From NCBI GenBank assembly GCA_965223415.1, contig OZ245002.1, forward strand, positions 5,280,001-5,344,000: a DNA stretch of 64,000 nucleotides. Direction: 5' to 3'. Positions 40,196-49,334 of this stretch are shown here, piece by piece. The translations under genes were made by a program, and so were the position numbers. The DNA is from Myxococcota bacterium. GTDB lineage: Bacteria > Myxococcota_A > UBA9160 > UBA6930. The notes under the pieces were generated by a model that was given only the letters and a program-made list of their open reading frames with translations, did not search any database and was not told the DNA's origin. Every line of letters starts with the position of its first letter. The first letter of the stretch is position 1.

Positions 40196-41521
40196 ATGTC
40201 CGGTCTCCAGACCACGCCGGAGATGTTCGACCTGCGGATGTCCGAAGGGGCCCGCCCCCTCTACGAGAAGGTCACGGCCTTCGTCCGGGAGGAGGTGGAG
40301 CCGATCACCGCCGAGTTCTACCAGCTCGGCGAGGGCCGCACGGATCCCTGGTCCTGGGCGCCGGGCCAGCTCGAGCTGCTCGACAGCGTGAAGGCCAAGG
40401 CCAAGGCGAACGATCTCTGGAACTTCTTCCTGCCCGACGCCGAATCCGGCGAGGGCCTGGCCAACCTCGACTACGCCTACATCGCGGCCGAGCTCGGCAA
40501 GAACCCGCTGGCCTCCGAATGCCTCAACTGCTCGGCCCCGGACACGGGGAACATGGAGGTGCTGGAGCGCGTCGGCACGCCAGAGCAGAAGGAGCGCTGG
40601 CTGAACCCGCTGCTCGCGGGTGAGATCCGCTCCGCCTACGCGATGACCGAGCCGGACCTGGCCTCGTCGGACGCGAAGAACATCTCCTGCGAAGCGGTCC
40701 TCGTCGGCGACGAGTGGGTGATCAACGGCGAGAAGTACTACATCTCCGGCGCCGGCGATCCGCGCTGCAAGATCATGATCGTGATGGTCCGGACGAACCC
40801 GGATGCGCCGCCGCACCAGCAGCAATCCCAGATCCTCGTCCCCACCGACGCACCCGGCTTCGAGATCCTCGGGCCCATGCACGTGTTCGGGAAGGACGAC
40901 GCGCCCCACGGGCACATGCACCTGCGCTTCACCGATTGCCGCGTGCCGAAGGAGAACATCCTCCTCGGCGAGGGACGGGGCTTCGAGATCTCGCAGGTCC
41001 GTCTCGGCCCGGGCCGGATCCACCACTGCATGCGTTCCATCGGCGCCGCGGAGCGGGCGATCGGCCTGATGGCGAAGCGCGGCCTCAGCCGGGAGGCCTT
41101 CGGGCGCCGCATCGCGACTCTGGGCCGAAACACCGAGACCATCGCCAGGGCGCGGGCCGACATCGAGGCCATGCGGATGATGGTGCTGAAGGCCGCCAAG
41201 GCGATGGACGTGCTCGGCAACGCCGAGGCCCGCGTCTGGGTCAGCATGATCAAGGCGATGGTGCCCGAGCGGGTCTGCAAGATCATCGACGAGGCCATCC
41301 AGATCCACGGCGCTACCGGCGTGTCCCAGTGGACGCCCCTGGCCGACATGTACGCGGGCCAACGCACGCTGCGGCTGGCGGACGGCCCGGACGAGGTGCA
41401 CTGGTTCGTGGTCGGCCGCGCCGAGCTCGCCTACTGGAGCGAGCAGGGTGCAGCGGAGTACAACCCGAAGACGGAGTACCTGGGGCGAACGGAGCCGGGC
41501 AAGGTCTTCACCGGGCCCTGA
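40196..41521 (+). CDS. Acyl-CoA dehydrogenase (ACAD10/11-like subfamily)
   Basis: NCSAPDTGNMEVL, MTEP.ASSDA.NI, RLGPGRIHHCMR, LRLADGPDEVH. AAGGAGG SD. Confidence 0.94.
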   Translation: MSGLQTTPEMFDLRMSEGARPLYEKVTAFVREEVEPITAEFYQLGEGRTDPWSWAPGQLELLDSVKAKAKANDLWNFFLPDAESGEGLANLDYAYIAAELGKNPLASECLNCSAPDTGNMEVLERVGTPEQKERWLNPLLAGEIRSAYAMTEPDLASSDAKNISCEAVLVGDEWVINGEKYYISGAGDPRCKIMIVMVRTNPDAPPHQQQSQILVPTDAPGFEILGPMHVFGKDDAPHGHMHLRFTDCRVPKENILLGEGRGFEISQVRLGPGRIHHCMRSIGAAERAIGLMAKRGLSREAFGRRIATLGRNTETIARARADIEAMRMMVLKAAKAMDVLGNAEARVWVSMIKAMVPERVCKIIDEAIQIHGATGVSQWTPLADMYAGQRTLRLADGPDEVHWFVVGRAELAYWSEQGAAEYNPKTEYLGRTEPGKVFTGP

Positions 41522-41551
41522 GGCCGCGCGGGACGGCACCGAGAGGTCGCG

Positions 41552-43240
41552 ATGGATCGACAGGCCGCCCTCGCGGCGCTGACGGCGCCGGGACAGCCCT
41601 ACGAGCTCGAGGAGATCCTGCTCTACGGGCGCACCTGTCGGGCCTTCAAGCACGGGCCGTCGACCCTGCGCGAGCTGTTCGAGGACGCCCGCAGCGACCT
41701 GGCCTTCCTCGTCTACGGCGAAGAGCGTCTCACGTTCGAGGACGCCTGGCAGGGCGCGTCGCGGATCGCCGCGCTGCTGGTCGGGGAGTACGGGGTCGAG
41801 CCCGGCGACCGGGTCGCGATCTCGATGCGCAACTACCCGGAGTGGATCCTCGCCTTCACCGCCGCGACCTCGATCGGGGCGGTGGCGGTCGCGATGAACG
41901 CCTTGTGGCAGCCCGACGAGATGGCCTACGCGCTTCGGGACAGCGGCGCCAAGGTCCTGTTCGCCGACCAGGAGCGGGTGGAGCGTTTGGCGGGCGCCTC
42001 CCGGGCCTTCCCCTCCCTCGGCGTGCTCGCCGTCCGCGCCGGCGAGCTCCACGGCCTGCGCGCCCGGCGGCTCGAAGAGGCCCTGGCCGAAGCCGGCCCC
42101 GCCCCCATGCCGGAGGCCGCCGTCGCCCACGACGACGACGCGACGATCTTCTACACCTCGGGCTCCACCGGCCACCCCAAGGGCGTGGTCGCCTGCCATC
42201 GCAACATCCTGTCGGCGCTCCTCTCCTGGGAGCTCGACGCCCACGCCGGTGCGTTGATGCGGAACCGCGAGCTGCGCCCGGCCGGCCAGGCGACGCTCCT
42301 GGGCGTGCCGCTCTTCCACGTGACCGGCTCCCACGCGGTCTACCTGGCGTCCTACCGTCCCCAGCGGCGGATCGTCGCCATGTACAAGTGGGACGTGGAG
42401 CAGGCGGCGGAGCTCATCGAGCGCGAGCGCATCACCTCCGTCGTGGCGACGCCGGCGATGACCGGCGATCTCGTGGCGGCAGCCCGCCGGACGAACCGGG
42501 ACCTGAGCTCCCTCGCCGTCGTGGGCGGAGGCGGCGCGCCGAGAGCGCCCTCCCAGGTGCGCAACATCGACCGGGTGTTCGACCGGGCCCAGCCGAACAC
42601 GGGCTGGGGCATGACCGAGACGAACGCCATCGGGGCCGGAATCATGGGCCCGGAGTACCTCGACCATCCGGAGAGCTCAGGCCGCTGCTCCGCGGTCCTC
42701 GACCTGCGGATCGTCGACGAGGCCGGCCGCGAGCTGGCGCCCGGCGAGCGCGGCGAGCTGCAGGTACGAGGCACCTCCGTCGTGCGCAGCTACTGGCAAC
42801 GACCGGACGCCGATGCCGAGACCTTCGTCGACGGCTGGCTGCGCACCGGCGACGTCGCCTACCTGGACGAAGAGGGCTTCCTCTACATCGTCGACCGCAT
42901 CAAGGACCTGGTGATCCGCGGCGGGGAGAACATCGGCTGCGGCGCCGTCGAGGCCGCCCTGCTCGAGCACCCCCACGTGGTCGAGGCCTCGGTCTACAGC
43001 GTGCCCGACGAGCGCCTCGGTGAAGAGGTAGGCGCCACGATCTACGCGGAGCCCGCCGTCGACGAACGGGAGCTGCGCGCCTTCCTCGAGCCGCGTCTCG
43101 CGCGGTTCGAGATTCCCCGCTTCCTGCGCTTCACCTCCTCGCCGCTGCCACGCACCGCTTCCGGGAAGATCCTGAAGCGCCAGCTCCGCGAGGAGGCCCT
43201 CCGCGCGCTCGGCCTCGGGCACGACGGAAGCCCGGGTTGA
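41552..43240 (+). CDS. Class I adenylate-forming enzyme (acyl-CoA ligase)
   Basis: YTSGSTGHPKG, PLFH, GWGMTET, TGD, DRIKDLVIRGGENI, SGKI. Confidence 0.94.
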   Translation: MDRQAALAALTAPGQPYELEEILLYGRTCRAFKHGPSTLRELFEDARSDLAFLVYGEERLTFEDAWQGASRIAALLVGEYGVEPGDRVAISMRNYPEWILAFTAATSIGAVAVAMNALWQPDEMAYALRDSGAKVLFADQERVERLAGASRAFPSLGVLAVRAGELHGLRARRLEEALAEAGPAPMPEAAVAHDDDATIFYTSGSTGHPKGVVACHRNILSALLSWELDAHAGALMRNRELRPAGQATLLGVPLFHVTGSHAVYLASYRPQRRIVAMYKWDVEQAAELIERERITSVVATPAMTGDLVAAARRTNRDLSSLAVVGGGGAPRAPSQVRNIDRVFDRAQPNTGWGMTETNAIGAGIMGPEYLDHPESSGRCSAVLDLRIVDEAGRELAPGERGELQVRGTSVVRSYWQRPDADAETFVDGWLRTGDVAYLDEEGFLYIVDRIKDLVIRGGENIGCGAVEAALLEHPHVVEASVYSVPDERLGEEVGATIYAEPAVDERELRAFLEPRLARFEIPRFLRFTSSPLPRTASGKILKRQLREEALRALGLGHDGSPG

Positions 43241-44730
43241 ACCGCGCGGCGCGGTCCGCGGTGCCTTCCACGGCCGTGGCCCGGCAAGCGCAGCCCGACG
43301 AAGGAGCACCCCTCCCCGGATCGCTCGTCCGCTGGTACTCCCTCGGCGCCCTGCCCGGCGGCGTCGCCCTCTCCTCGGGCAGCTTCCTCGTCTTCTACTA
43401 CAACCAGGTGCTCGGGGTCCCGGCCGCGACCGTGGGCCTGGCCATCCTGGCGGCGTCCATCTTCGACGCGCTCACGGACCCGGTCGCCGGGGCCATCTCC
43501 GACCGCACCCGCACCCGCTGGGGACGCCGCCATCCCTACCTCTACGCTCTCTCGGTCCCCCTTGGCCTGGTGTTCTACCTCGTGTGGGTGCCGCCGGCGG
43601 CGCTCTCGCCGCCGGCCCTCGTCGCCTGGCTCGTGTGCTGGCTCCTCGTGCAGCGCCTGCTCGGGACGTTCTACACCGTGCCCTACCTGGCGCTGGGCGC
43701 CGAGCTGACCCAGGACTACCACGAGCGCACGCGCATCACGACGGTTCGCTCGTATCTCTCGAACATCGGGCGCTCCGCGTCCGGAGCGCTGCTCCTGCTC
43801 GTCTTCCTGGCTCCGACCGACGCCTTCCCCAACGGCCAGCTCAACCCCGAGGGCTACCCCCCCTACGCCGTCCTCTGCGCCTTCGTCACGGCGGCTTGCC
43901 TGTGGCTGAGCGCCTGGAAGACCCGCTCGGAGATCGGCCGGCTCTCCCAGGCGGGCGCCACGGTGTCACTCCGCACCGCGCTCACGGCGCCCTTTCGCGA
44001 CGTGCGGGACGCGCTGCACTACCGCTCCTTTCGCTCCCTGACCTTCTGCGTCGTGCTCCAGTACACGGCCTGGGGCATCTCCGACGCCCTCGGGCTCTAC
44101 ATGGCGACGTACTTCTGGGGCATCTCGACGAACGTGCTGTTCGTGTGGGGCATCGGCATGTTCAGCGGGCTCTTCCTGGGCTTCGGCCTATGGCGGCGAT
44201 GGGGCGCGCGTCTCGAGAAGCGGACGGTCTACCTGATCGGCACCACGGGCTACCTCTTCTCGTTCATCACTCCCTACGTCCTGAAGGTCGCGGGTTTCTG
44301 GCCCGACCCGGAGAGCGCCCTCTACCTGCCCCTCTACATCGGCATGACCGGCTTCGTGGCCCACGTGTTCTCGGCGGGCCCGTCGATCATGACCGGCTCC
44401 ATGCTGGGCGACGTCACGGACCTCGACGAGGCCACCGGTGGCCGCCGGAGAGAGGGCGTCATCTTCGGGGCGGAGTCCCTGGCCTACAAGATGTTCGTGG
44501 GCCTCGGGCCGGTCCTGGCTGGCCTGGTGGTCGACTCCTCGGGCATCGGCCCGGACACCCCGCCCGGTGAGGCGCCAGCCGGCGCCGTGGCCGCCCTGGG
44601 CCTGGGCCAGGGCGGGAGCATGCTGCTCCTCTTCCTGGCGAGCCTCGTCTTTCTCGTCCGCTACGACCTCACCCGCGAACGACACGCGGAGGTCCTGCAG
44701 CGGATCACCGAGCGGCGGAACGCGGACTAG
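43237..44730 (+). CDS. MFS transporter, GPH (MelB-like) family
   Basis: DALTDPVAGAISDRTRTRWGRRHPY, PYLALGAELTQDYHERT, RREGV, about 12 hydrophobic segments. Start uncertain. Confidence 0.9.
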   Translation: MNRAARSAVPSTAVARQAQPDEGAPLPGSLVRWYSLGALPGGVALSSGSFLVFYYNQVLGVPAATVGLAILAASIFDALTDPVAGAISDRTRTRWGRRHPYLYALSVPLGLVFYLVWVPPAALSPPALVAWLVCWLLVQRLLGTFYTVPYLALGAELTQDYHERTRITTVRSYLSNIGRSASGALLLLVFLAPTDAFPNGQLNPEGYPPYAVLCAFVTAACLWLSAWKTRSEIGRLSQAGATVSLRTALTAPFRDVRDALHYRSFRSLTFCVVLQYTAWGISDALGLYMATYFWGISTNVLFVWGIGMFSGLFLGFGLWRRWGARLEKRTVYLIGTTGYLFSFITPYVLKVAGFWPDPESALYLPLYIGMTGFVAHVFSAGPSIMTGSMLGDVTDLDEATGGRRREGVIFGAESLAYKMFVGLGPVLAGLVVDSSGIGPDTPPGEAPAGAVAALGLGQGGSMLLLFLASLVFLVRYDLTRERHAEVLQRITERRNAD

Positions 44731-45916
44731 CCCCCCAGGGCCGCGCCCAGAGCTCCCGGGGACCGCGAAGGGTCCCGTGGAGGATCTCGGACGGCCGATC
44801 CGGGCAGGGCTGCATCGCCGGGAAGCGCCGCAGGAGCGTCTCGAGGCCGGTCTCGAGGACCCGGCGCGCCATGTGGGTGCCGATGCAGAAGTGCTCGCCG
44901 TGGCCGAAGGCCAGGTGTTGCCCCGTCCGCGACGGATCGAACACGCGGGGGTTCGGGAACTCCGCGGGGTCGCTGTTGGCGCTGGCAATGCTCAGCATGA
45001 CGTTGTCGCCCGGCTCGAGGGTGTACGCACCGAGCCGCACCTCCGCGACGCAGCGCCGCGGGACCAGCGCCAGGGGCGGCTGCCAGCGCAGCAGCTCCTG
45101 CACGATTTGCTCGCGCTCGGCCTCCCCGCGCCGGGCCAGGGCCTTCAGCCCGTCGTCACGGAGCACGGTGTGGAGCAGGCTGCCCAGGCTGTTCGTGCTG
45201 GTGTCGATGCCGGCCGGGAACAGGTTGCGACACAAGGCGTAGACCTCCTCGTCGGAGAGCCCTTCCCCGTCGATCTCCGCGGTGACCAGCAGGGAGAGGA
45301 AGTCGTCTCCGGGGTTCTCGCGCCGCGCTCGGACGACGGGCTCCAGGTACGCGCCCATCTCCTCCTTCGCCTCCATGGCGCCGTCGAAGTCCCAGCCCTG
45401 GGCCATGATCCGATCCGCCCAGCTCATCAGTCGCTCCACATCGGTCACGGGAAGGCCGAGCAGCCGGGTGATGACGCCGAAGGTGTAGCGCCGGGCGAAG
45501 GTCGCCATGAGGTCGATGCTCTCGTCGGGTGCGGTCTTCGCCTCGATCTCGTCGGCGAGCTTGCCGGCTTCGTCGGCGAACACCGGCTTCACGAGGGCCT
45601 GGACCGCCCGCGGATAGAAGACCGCCGAGACGACGCCGCGGTTCTTGCGATGTTCGTTACCGGTCATCGTTGCCATCACCGGGCCCATCGTTCGGCCCAG
45701 GCTCCGCTTGTAGGCCTCCGCCGTCGAGAGGTGCGCCTCGTCGGTCATGGCGGCCTTCACCGCCTCGTGGCCGACGATCATCCACAGGGGTCGGGTCGCG
45801 AAGAGCACCGGCACCGCGGGACCCAGCGCTCGGAACTCCTCCAGCACGTCGTAGAGATCCGGCAGCGGATCGAGAGCGAAGTCGAGATCCGGTCGGATCA
45901 CCTCGGCGACGGTCAT
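44705..45916 (-). CDS. Cytochrome P450
   Basis: AGIDTS, QELLR, SANSDP, FGHGEHFCIG. ATG 45916 with a GAAGGAGG SD. Last gene of the TetR operon. Confidence 0.95.
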   Translation of the reverse strand: MTVAEVIRPDLDFALDPLPDLYDVLEEFRALGPAVPVLFATRPLWMIVGHEAVKAAMTDEAHLSTAEAYKRSLGRTMGPVMATMTGNEHRKNRGVVSAVFYPRAVQALVKPVFADEAGKLADEIEAKTAPDESIDLMATFARRYTFGVITRLLGLPVTDVERLMSWADRIMAQGWDFDGAMEAKEEMGAYLEPVVRARRENPGDDFLSLLVTAEIDGEGLSDEEVYALCRNLFPAGIDTSTNSLGSLLHTVLRDDGLKALARRGEAEREQIVQELLRWQPPLALVPRRCVAEVRLGAYTLEPGDNVMLSIASANSDPAEFPNPRVFDPSRTGQHLAFGHGEHFCIGTHMARRVLETGLETLLRRFPAMQPCPDRPSEILHGTLRGPRELWARPWGASPRSAAR

Positions 45917-45929
45917 GGGGCCCTCCTTC

Positions 45930-46355
45930 TCAGCGCGAGCACGGGCGGAAGCGAGGGATGGCGAGGTCATCGCTCATGTCCTCCCAGACCACCTCGACGG
46001 GCATGCCGATGGTGACCGCCTCCGGCGGGGCGCCCACCAGGTTCGAGAGGATGCGCAGGCCGCCGGACTCGTGGAGCGCGATCACCGCGATGACGAAGGG
46101 AAGCTCCTGGCCCGCCGCGATCGGCCGGTGGACGATCGTGTAGGTGTAGACCTCTCCCTGGCCGGGAACTTCCAGCCAGCCGGCATGGTCGGAGCGGCAC
46201 TCCGGGCAGACCGGTGCCGGCGGAAGCCGCGTATGGCCGCAGGCAGCGCACCGCTGCACGACGAGGCGATGCTCGGCCGCGGCCTCCCACCACGGAAGGG
46301 TCGTCGTATCCGCCAGGGGGGGCGGCATGCTGTCGGGAAAGAACCGTTCGCTCAT
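45930..46355 (-). CDS. Zn-ribbon/OB-fold DUF35 protein (ChsH2 C-terminal-like)
   Basis: QRCAACG...PP.PVCPEC, G.GEVYTYT, IGMPVEV.W, PRFRP. ATGA overlap with the thiolase-like gene. Confidence 0.92.
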   Translation of the reverse strand: MSERFFPDSMPPPLADTTTLPWWEAAAEHRLVVQRCAACGHTRLPPAPVCPECRSDHAGWLEVPGQGEVYTYTIVHRPIAAGQELPFVIAVIALHESGGLRILSNLVGAPPEAVTIGMPVEVVWEDMSDDLAIPRFRPCSR

Positions 46356-47575
46356 CGGCTCCCCAGGACCACGGCGCTGGACGGGACGCAGGCGCCGCTC
46401 GTGACGAGGCAGACCTCCGCGCCCTCCACCGGGCTCGTCGATTCGCCCCGCAAGGAGCGGACGCCCTCCACCACGTGGTTGAGCCCGTGGATGTAGGCCT
46501 CCGAGAGACTTCCGCCGTGGGTGTTGGTGGGCAGGCTCCCGCCCTCCCAGGCGAGGGCACCGCTCTCGATGAAGGGGCCGGCCTCTCCCCGCCCGCAGAA
46601 GCCGAAGTCCTCGATCTGCATCAGGACGCAGCCGGTGAAGTGGTCGTAGATCTGCGCCACGTCCACGTCCTTCGGGCCCACGCCCGCCTTGCCCCACAGC
46701 CGGTGGGCCATCTCCTCGGTGCCGCCGGTGGCATAGATCTCGTCGGCGACGTTGGCGTTGGTGAAGGGGCCGAAGGCGTAGCCGCGGGGGGCGCCCTGCT
46801 CGCTCGCAACGATCTCCACCGGCTGCTTCGCCAGATCCCGGGCGCGCTCCTCGGTGGTCACGACCACGGCGCAGGCGCCGTCGCTCTCGAGGCAGCAATC
46901 GAACAGCCGGTGCGGGTCGGCGATCATCGGCGAGGCCTGGTGGTCCTCCAACGTCATCGTGCGCCCGCCCATCACGGCCCGGGGGTTCCGGCTGGCGTGC
47001 TCCCGAAAGGTCACCGCCAGCATCCCGAGCTGCTCGCTGGTCGTTCCGTAGAGGTGCATGTGCCGCCGGGTCGGCAGGGCGTAGGCGGCCGCCGCCATCA
47101 GCAGGCCGTAGGGCATGGCGAAGCCCATCGACGCCAGCATGAGCGAGCTGGCGGCCTGGACGGTCGGGGGCGCCGGATCGATCGGGGCGCTCAGGTCCTG
47201 GCCGGCGGTCCCGAAGCGGAAGAACTGGCCTTGGCAGAGCGAGCGGTAGACCACCACCACTTCCGCCTGCCCCGTCTCCACGGCCATCGCCGCGTTGCCG
47301 ACGGCCGCACAGCCGCCGCCGCCGCCGGGCAGCCAGACCATGTTGGCGAAGCGCAGGGACGGAAGGCCCAGCTCGGCCGCGAGGAAGGTGGCCTCGTTGC
47401 GATCCTCGGCGAAGGATGCCAGCCCGTCGACGTCCGAGACGTCGAGCCCCGCATCCGCCACCGCCCGCTGGATCGCCTGGCACGCGAGGGCATGCTCCGT
47501 CACGTCGCCGATCTTCCCCCAGCGCGCGTAGACGGTCTCGCCGACCCCGACGATGTGGGCCTTGCGTCCGCTCAC
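46352..47575 (-). CDS. Thiolase-fold lipid-transfer protein / retro-aldolase (Ltp2-like)
   Basis: IVGVGET, DCCLESDGA, YDHFT, NTHGG.L.EAYIHG, VEGVR.LRG. Gly-rich segment where thiolases carry the catalytic Cys. Confidence 0.88.
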   Translation of the reverse strand: MSGRKAHIVGVGETVYARWGKIGDVTEHALACQAIQRAVADAGLDVSDVDGLASFAEDRNEATFLAAELGLPSLRFANMVWLPGGGGGCAAVGNAAMAVETGQAEVVVVYRSLCQGQFFRFGTAGQDLSAPIDPAPPTVQAASSLMLASMGFAMPYGLLMAAAAYALPTRRHMHLYGTTSEQLGMLAVTFREHASRNPRAVMGGRTMTLEDHQASPMIADPHRLFDCCLESDGACAVVVTTEERARDLAKQPVEIVASEQGAPRGYAFGPFTNANVADEIYATGGTEEMAHRLWGKAGVGPKDVDVAQIYDHFTGCVLMQIEDFGFCGRGEAGPFIESGALAWEGGSLPTNTHGGSLSEAYIHGLNHVVEGVRSLRGESTSPVEGAEVCLVTSGACVPSSAVVLGSR

Positions 47576-48000
47576 GCCGCGCCCACCCGGGGCAGGCTGA
47601 GCTCGACCGTGCCGGTGGCGTGGTCCCCGAGGTCGTTCGCCGCGCGGACCCTCACCTCGACCACTCTCTCGTCGCCTTCTTCTTCCACGCGGGTCACCTG
47701 GCCCGTGAAGCGCAGCGCCTGGCCGGGAACCGCCGGGCCGCCGAGGCGGATGCGGATGCTGCGCACCATGGTCTCGACACCGGCCCAATCGGTGACGTAG
47801 CGCGCCACGTAGCCGTTGGTGGTGAGGATGTTCATGAACATGTCCGGGGCACCCTGGCCCCGGGCGTACTCGGGATCGTGGTGGGCGGGCATGAAGTCGC
47901 GCGACGCGATCGCGCCGGCGACGATCACCGTCGAGGTCACCGGAAGGGCGAACTCCGGAAGAGTGTCACCGACCGCGACCGCCGGGGCCTGGGACGTCAC
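47572..48000 (-). CDS. MaoC-type hydratase subunit (ChsH1-like)
   Basis: IVAGAIASRDFMPAHHDP, FMNILTTNG, YVTDWAG, LGDHATGTV. Confidence 0.88.
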   Translation of the reverse strand: MTSQAPAVAVGDTLPEFALPVTSTVIVAGAIASRDFMPAHHDPEYARGQGAPDMFMNILTTNGYVARYVTDWAGVETMVRSIRIRLGGPAVPGQALRFTGQVTRVEEEGDERVVEVRVRAANDLGDHATGTVELSLPRVGAA

Positions 48001-48569
48001 TTCGCACCTCCCAGCTTGCTGAGGTCGATCGTGCTCGGATCGAACTTCAGGATGCGGAAGAGCTGCCGCCCCACGATCTCGCCCTCCCCGTCCCGGTAGG
48101 TCGTGATCCAGGTGAGGAAGTAGCCTTGCCCGAGGCCGGTCTTCTTGCGGGCCGAGATCGACTCGAGCTCGTTGGTGGTGTGGAGCCGGTCGCCGGGGCG
48201 AAGGTAACGGACGAACTCGAGCTCCGAGTTGGTCGCCAGCGTGCCGTTGTACCCGGCCTCGTCGAGGACCGGGATCGGGTTGTCGACCTGGATCTCCCCC
48301 GGCGCCCCGCCGCGCTCGGCGATGCCCTCGATCTTGGGGCGGGGCATCGTCCAGGCCTGGAGCATCGCCGGAGGCGCGACGATTCCCCCGAAACGGCTCC
48401 GGGCCGCGGCCTCCTCGTCGAGGTAGACCGGGTTGCGATCGTCCAGGGCGTCCACCCAGTGACGGATCATCGGCACGTTGACCGGATCCGGCGCCTCCGC
48501 CGGCGGGCCCATGGGCTCGCCGACGTACTTCTCGAGTCGTTCTCGTAGCTCGTCCACGCTTTCCGTCAT
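47997..48569 (-). CDS. MaoC-type hydratase subunit (ChsH2 N-terminal-like), without the fused DUF35
   Basis: DPVNVPMIRHWVDALDDRNPVY, APPAMLQAWTM, ATNSE, RYLRPGD, KKTGLG.GYF, FRILKF. Confidence 0.88.
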   Translation of the reverse strand: MTESVDELRERLEKYVGEPMGPPAEAPDPVNVPMIRHWVDALDDRNPVYLDEEAAARSRFGGIVAPPAMLQAWTMPRPKIEGIAERGGAPGEIQVDNPIPVLDEAGYNGTLATNSELEFVRYLRPGDRLHTTNELESISARKKTGLGQGYFLTWITTYRDGEGEIVGRQLFRILKFDPSTIDLSKLGGAK

Positions 48570-49213
48570 GTTCCTTCCCGCTGCGAGGGTGGGGAGAGAG
48601 CGGCCACGCCGAGGCCGCGCAGGGCGAAGCGGGCGAAGGCGGCGGCGGTTTCCTTGACGGGCGGGGGCGCCCCGAGACGGCTTCGGGCGCCCATGGCCCC
48701 GACCACCAGGGTGCCGAGGCAGCTCCGGTCGGCCGGGGTGACCACACGCTGCAGCTCGCCCCGCTCGAAGCCGGCATCGAGGATCTGGTCCACCGCGTCG
48801 TTGAAGTTCTTCAGCACCAGCGCGAACTCGGTGCCGCCGGGCCCCTCCTCGGCCGTCGCATCGTAGACTGGGATCGGGAAGGCGATGCCGCGGAAGAACT
48901 CCCGGTTCTCGTCCACCCGCAGCAGACAGCTCTCGAAGAACGCGGCGAGCTGCTCCTCGATGCCATGGGCGCGGGCGATGCGCCGAGCGAGGGCCTCCGC
49001 CAGCTCCTCCCGGCGAGCCGCGAAGCAGCCCTTCAGGATTTCGTCCTTCGACGGGAAGTACTCGTAGACGGTGCTGCGGCTGAGTCCCGCGCGGCGGGCG
49101 ATCTGGTCGACGGAGGCCTGCTCGAAGCCGCTCTCGCTGATGACCTCGCTCGCCGCCTTCAGGATCTGGCTGCGGCGGTAGGATTGGAGCACTTCGACGG
49201 GCGCCTTCGACAC
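48566..49213 (-). CDS. TetR/AcrR family transcriptional regulator
   Basis: ILKAA..VI...GF..ASVDQIARRAGLSRSTVYEYFPSKDEIL. Start taken at GTG 49213. Confidence 0.93.
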   Translation of the reverse strand: MSKAPVEVLQSYRRSQILKAASEVISESGFEQASVDQIARRAGLSRSTVYEYFPSKDEILKGCFAARREELAEALARRIARAHGIEEQLAAFFESCLLRVDENREFFRGIAFPIPVYDATAEEGPGGTEFALVLKNFNDAVDQILDAGFERGELQRVVTPADRSCLGTLVVGAMGARSRLGAPPPVKETAAAFARFALRGLGVAALSPPSQREGT

Positions 49214-49253
49214 GGCTGCAGGTGCTCCCCGAATGGGACGGTTGCCTAGACGA

Positions 49254-49289
49254 TCGGACAAGCGTACGATATCTCAGACACCTGTCCGA
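49254..49289. promoter_or_regulatory. Two tandem 16-bp imperfect palindromes, consensus TCGGACA-N2-TGTCCGA (candidate TetR operators)
   Basis: TCGGACA-AG-CGTACGA (49254-49269) and TCAGACA-CC-TGTCCGA (49274-49289) in the divergent intergenic region. Confidence 0.6.
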
Positions 49290-49334
49290 TACAAGCCGCA
49301 CGGCGCGGCACAACCCCCTCGAGAGCAACGCGAC

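Noticed and set aside
44705..44730. 26-nt convergent overlap of the MFS and P450 3' ends (also the 4-nt overlap at 54068-54071)
   Set aside because: Short convergent overlaps are common in compact GC-rich genomes, and there is no evidence of function.
24420..44912. Near-identical heme-motif DNA in the two P450 genes (FGHGEHFC)
   Set aside because: This reflects protein motif conservation plus codon bias. The remainder of the two genes is divergent, so it is not a recent duplication.
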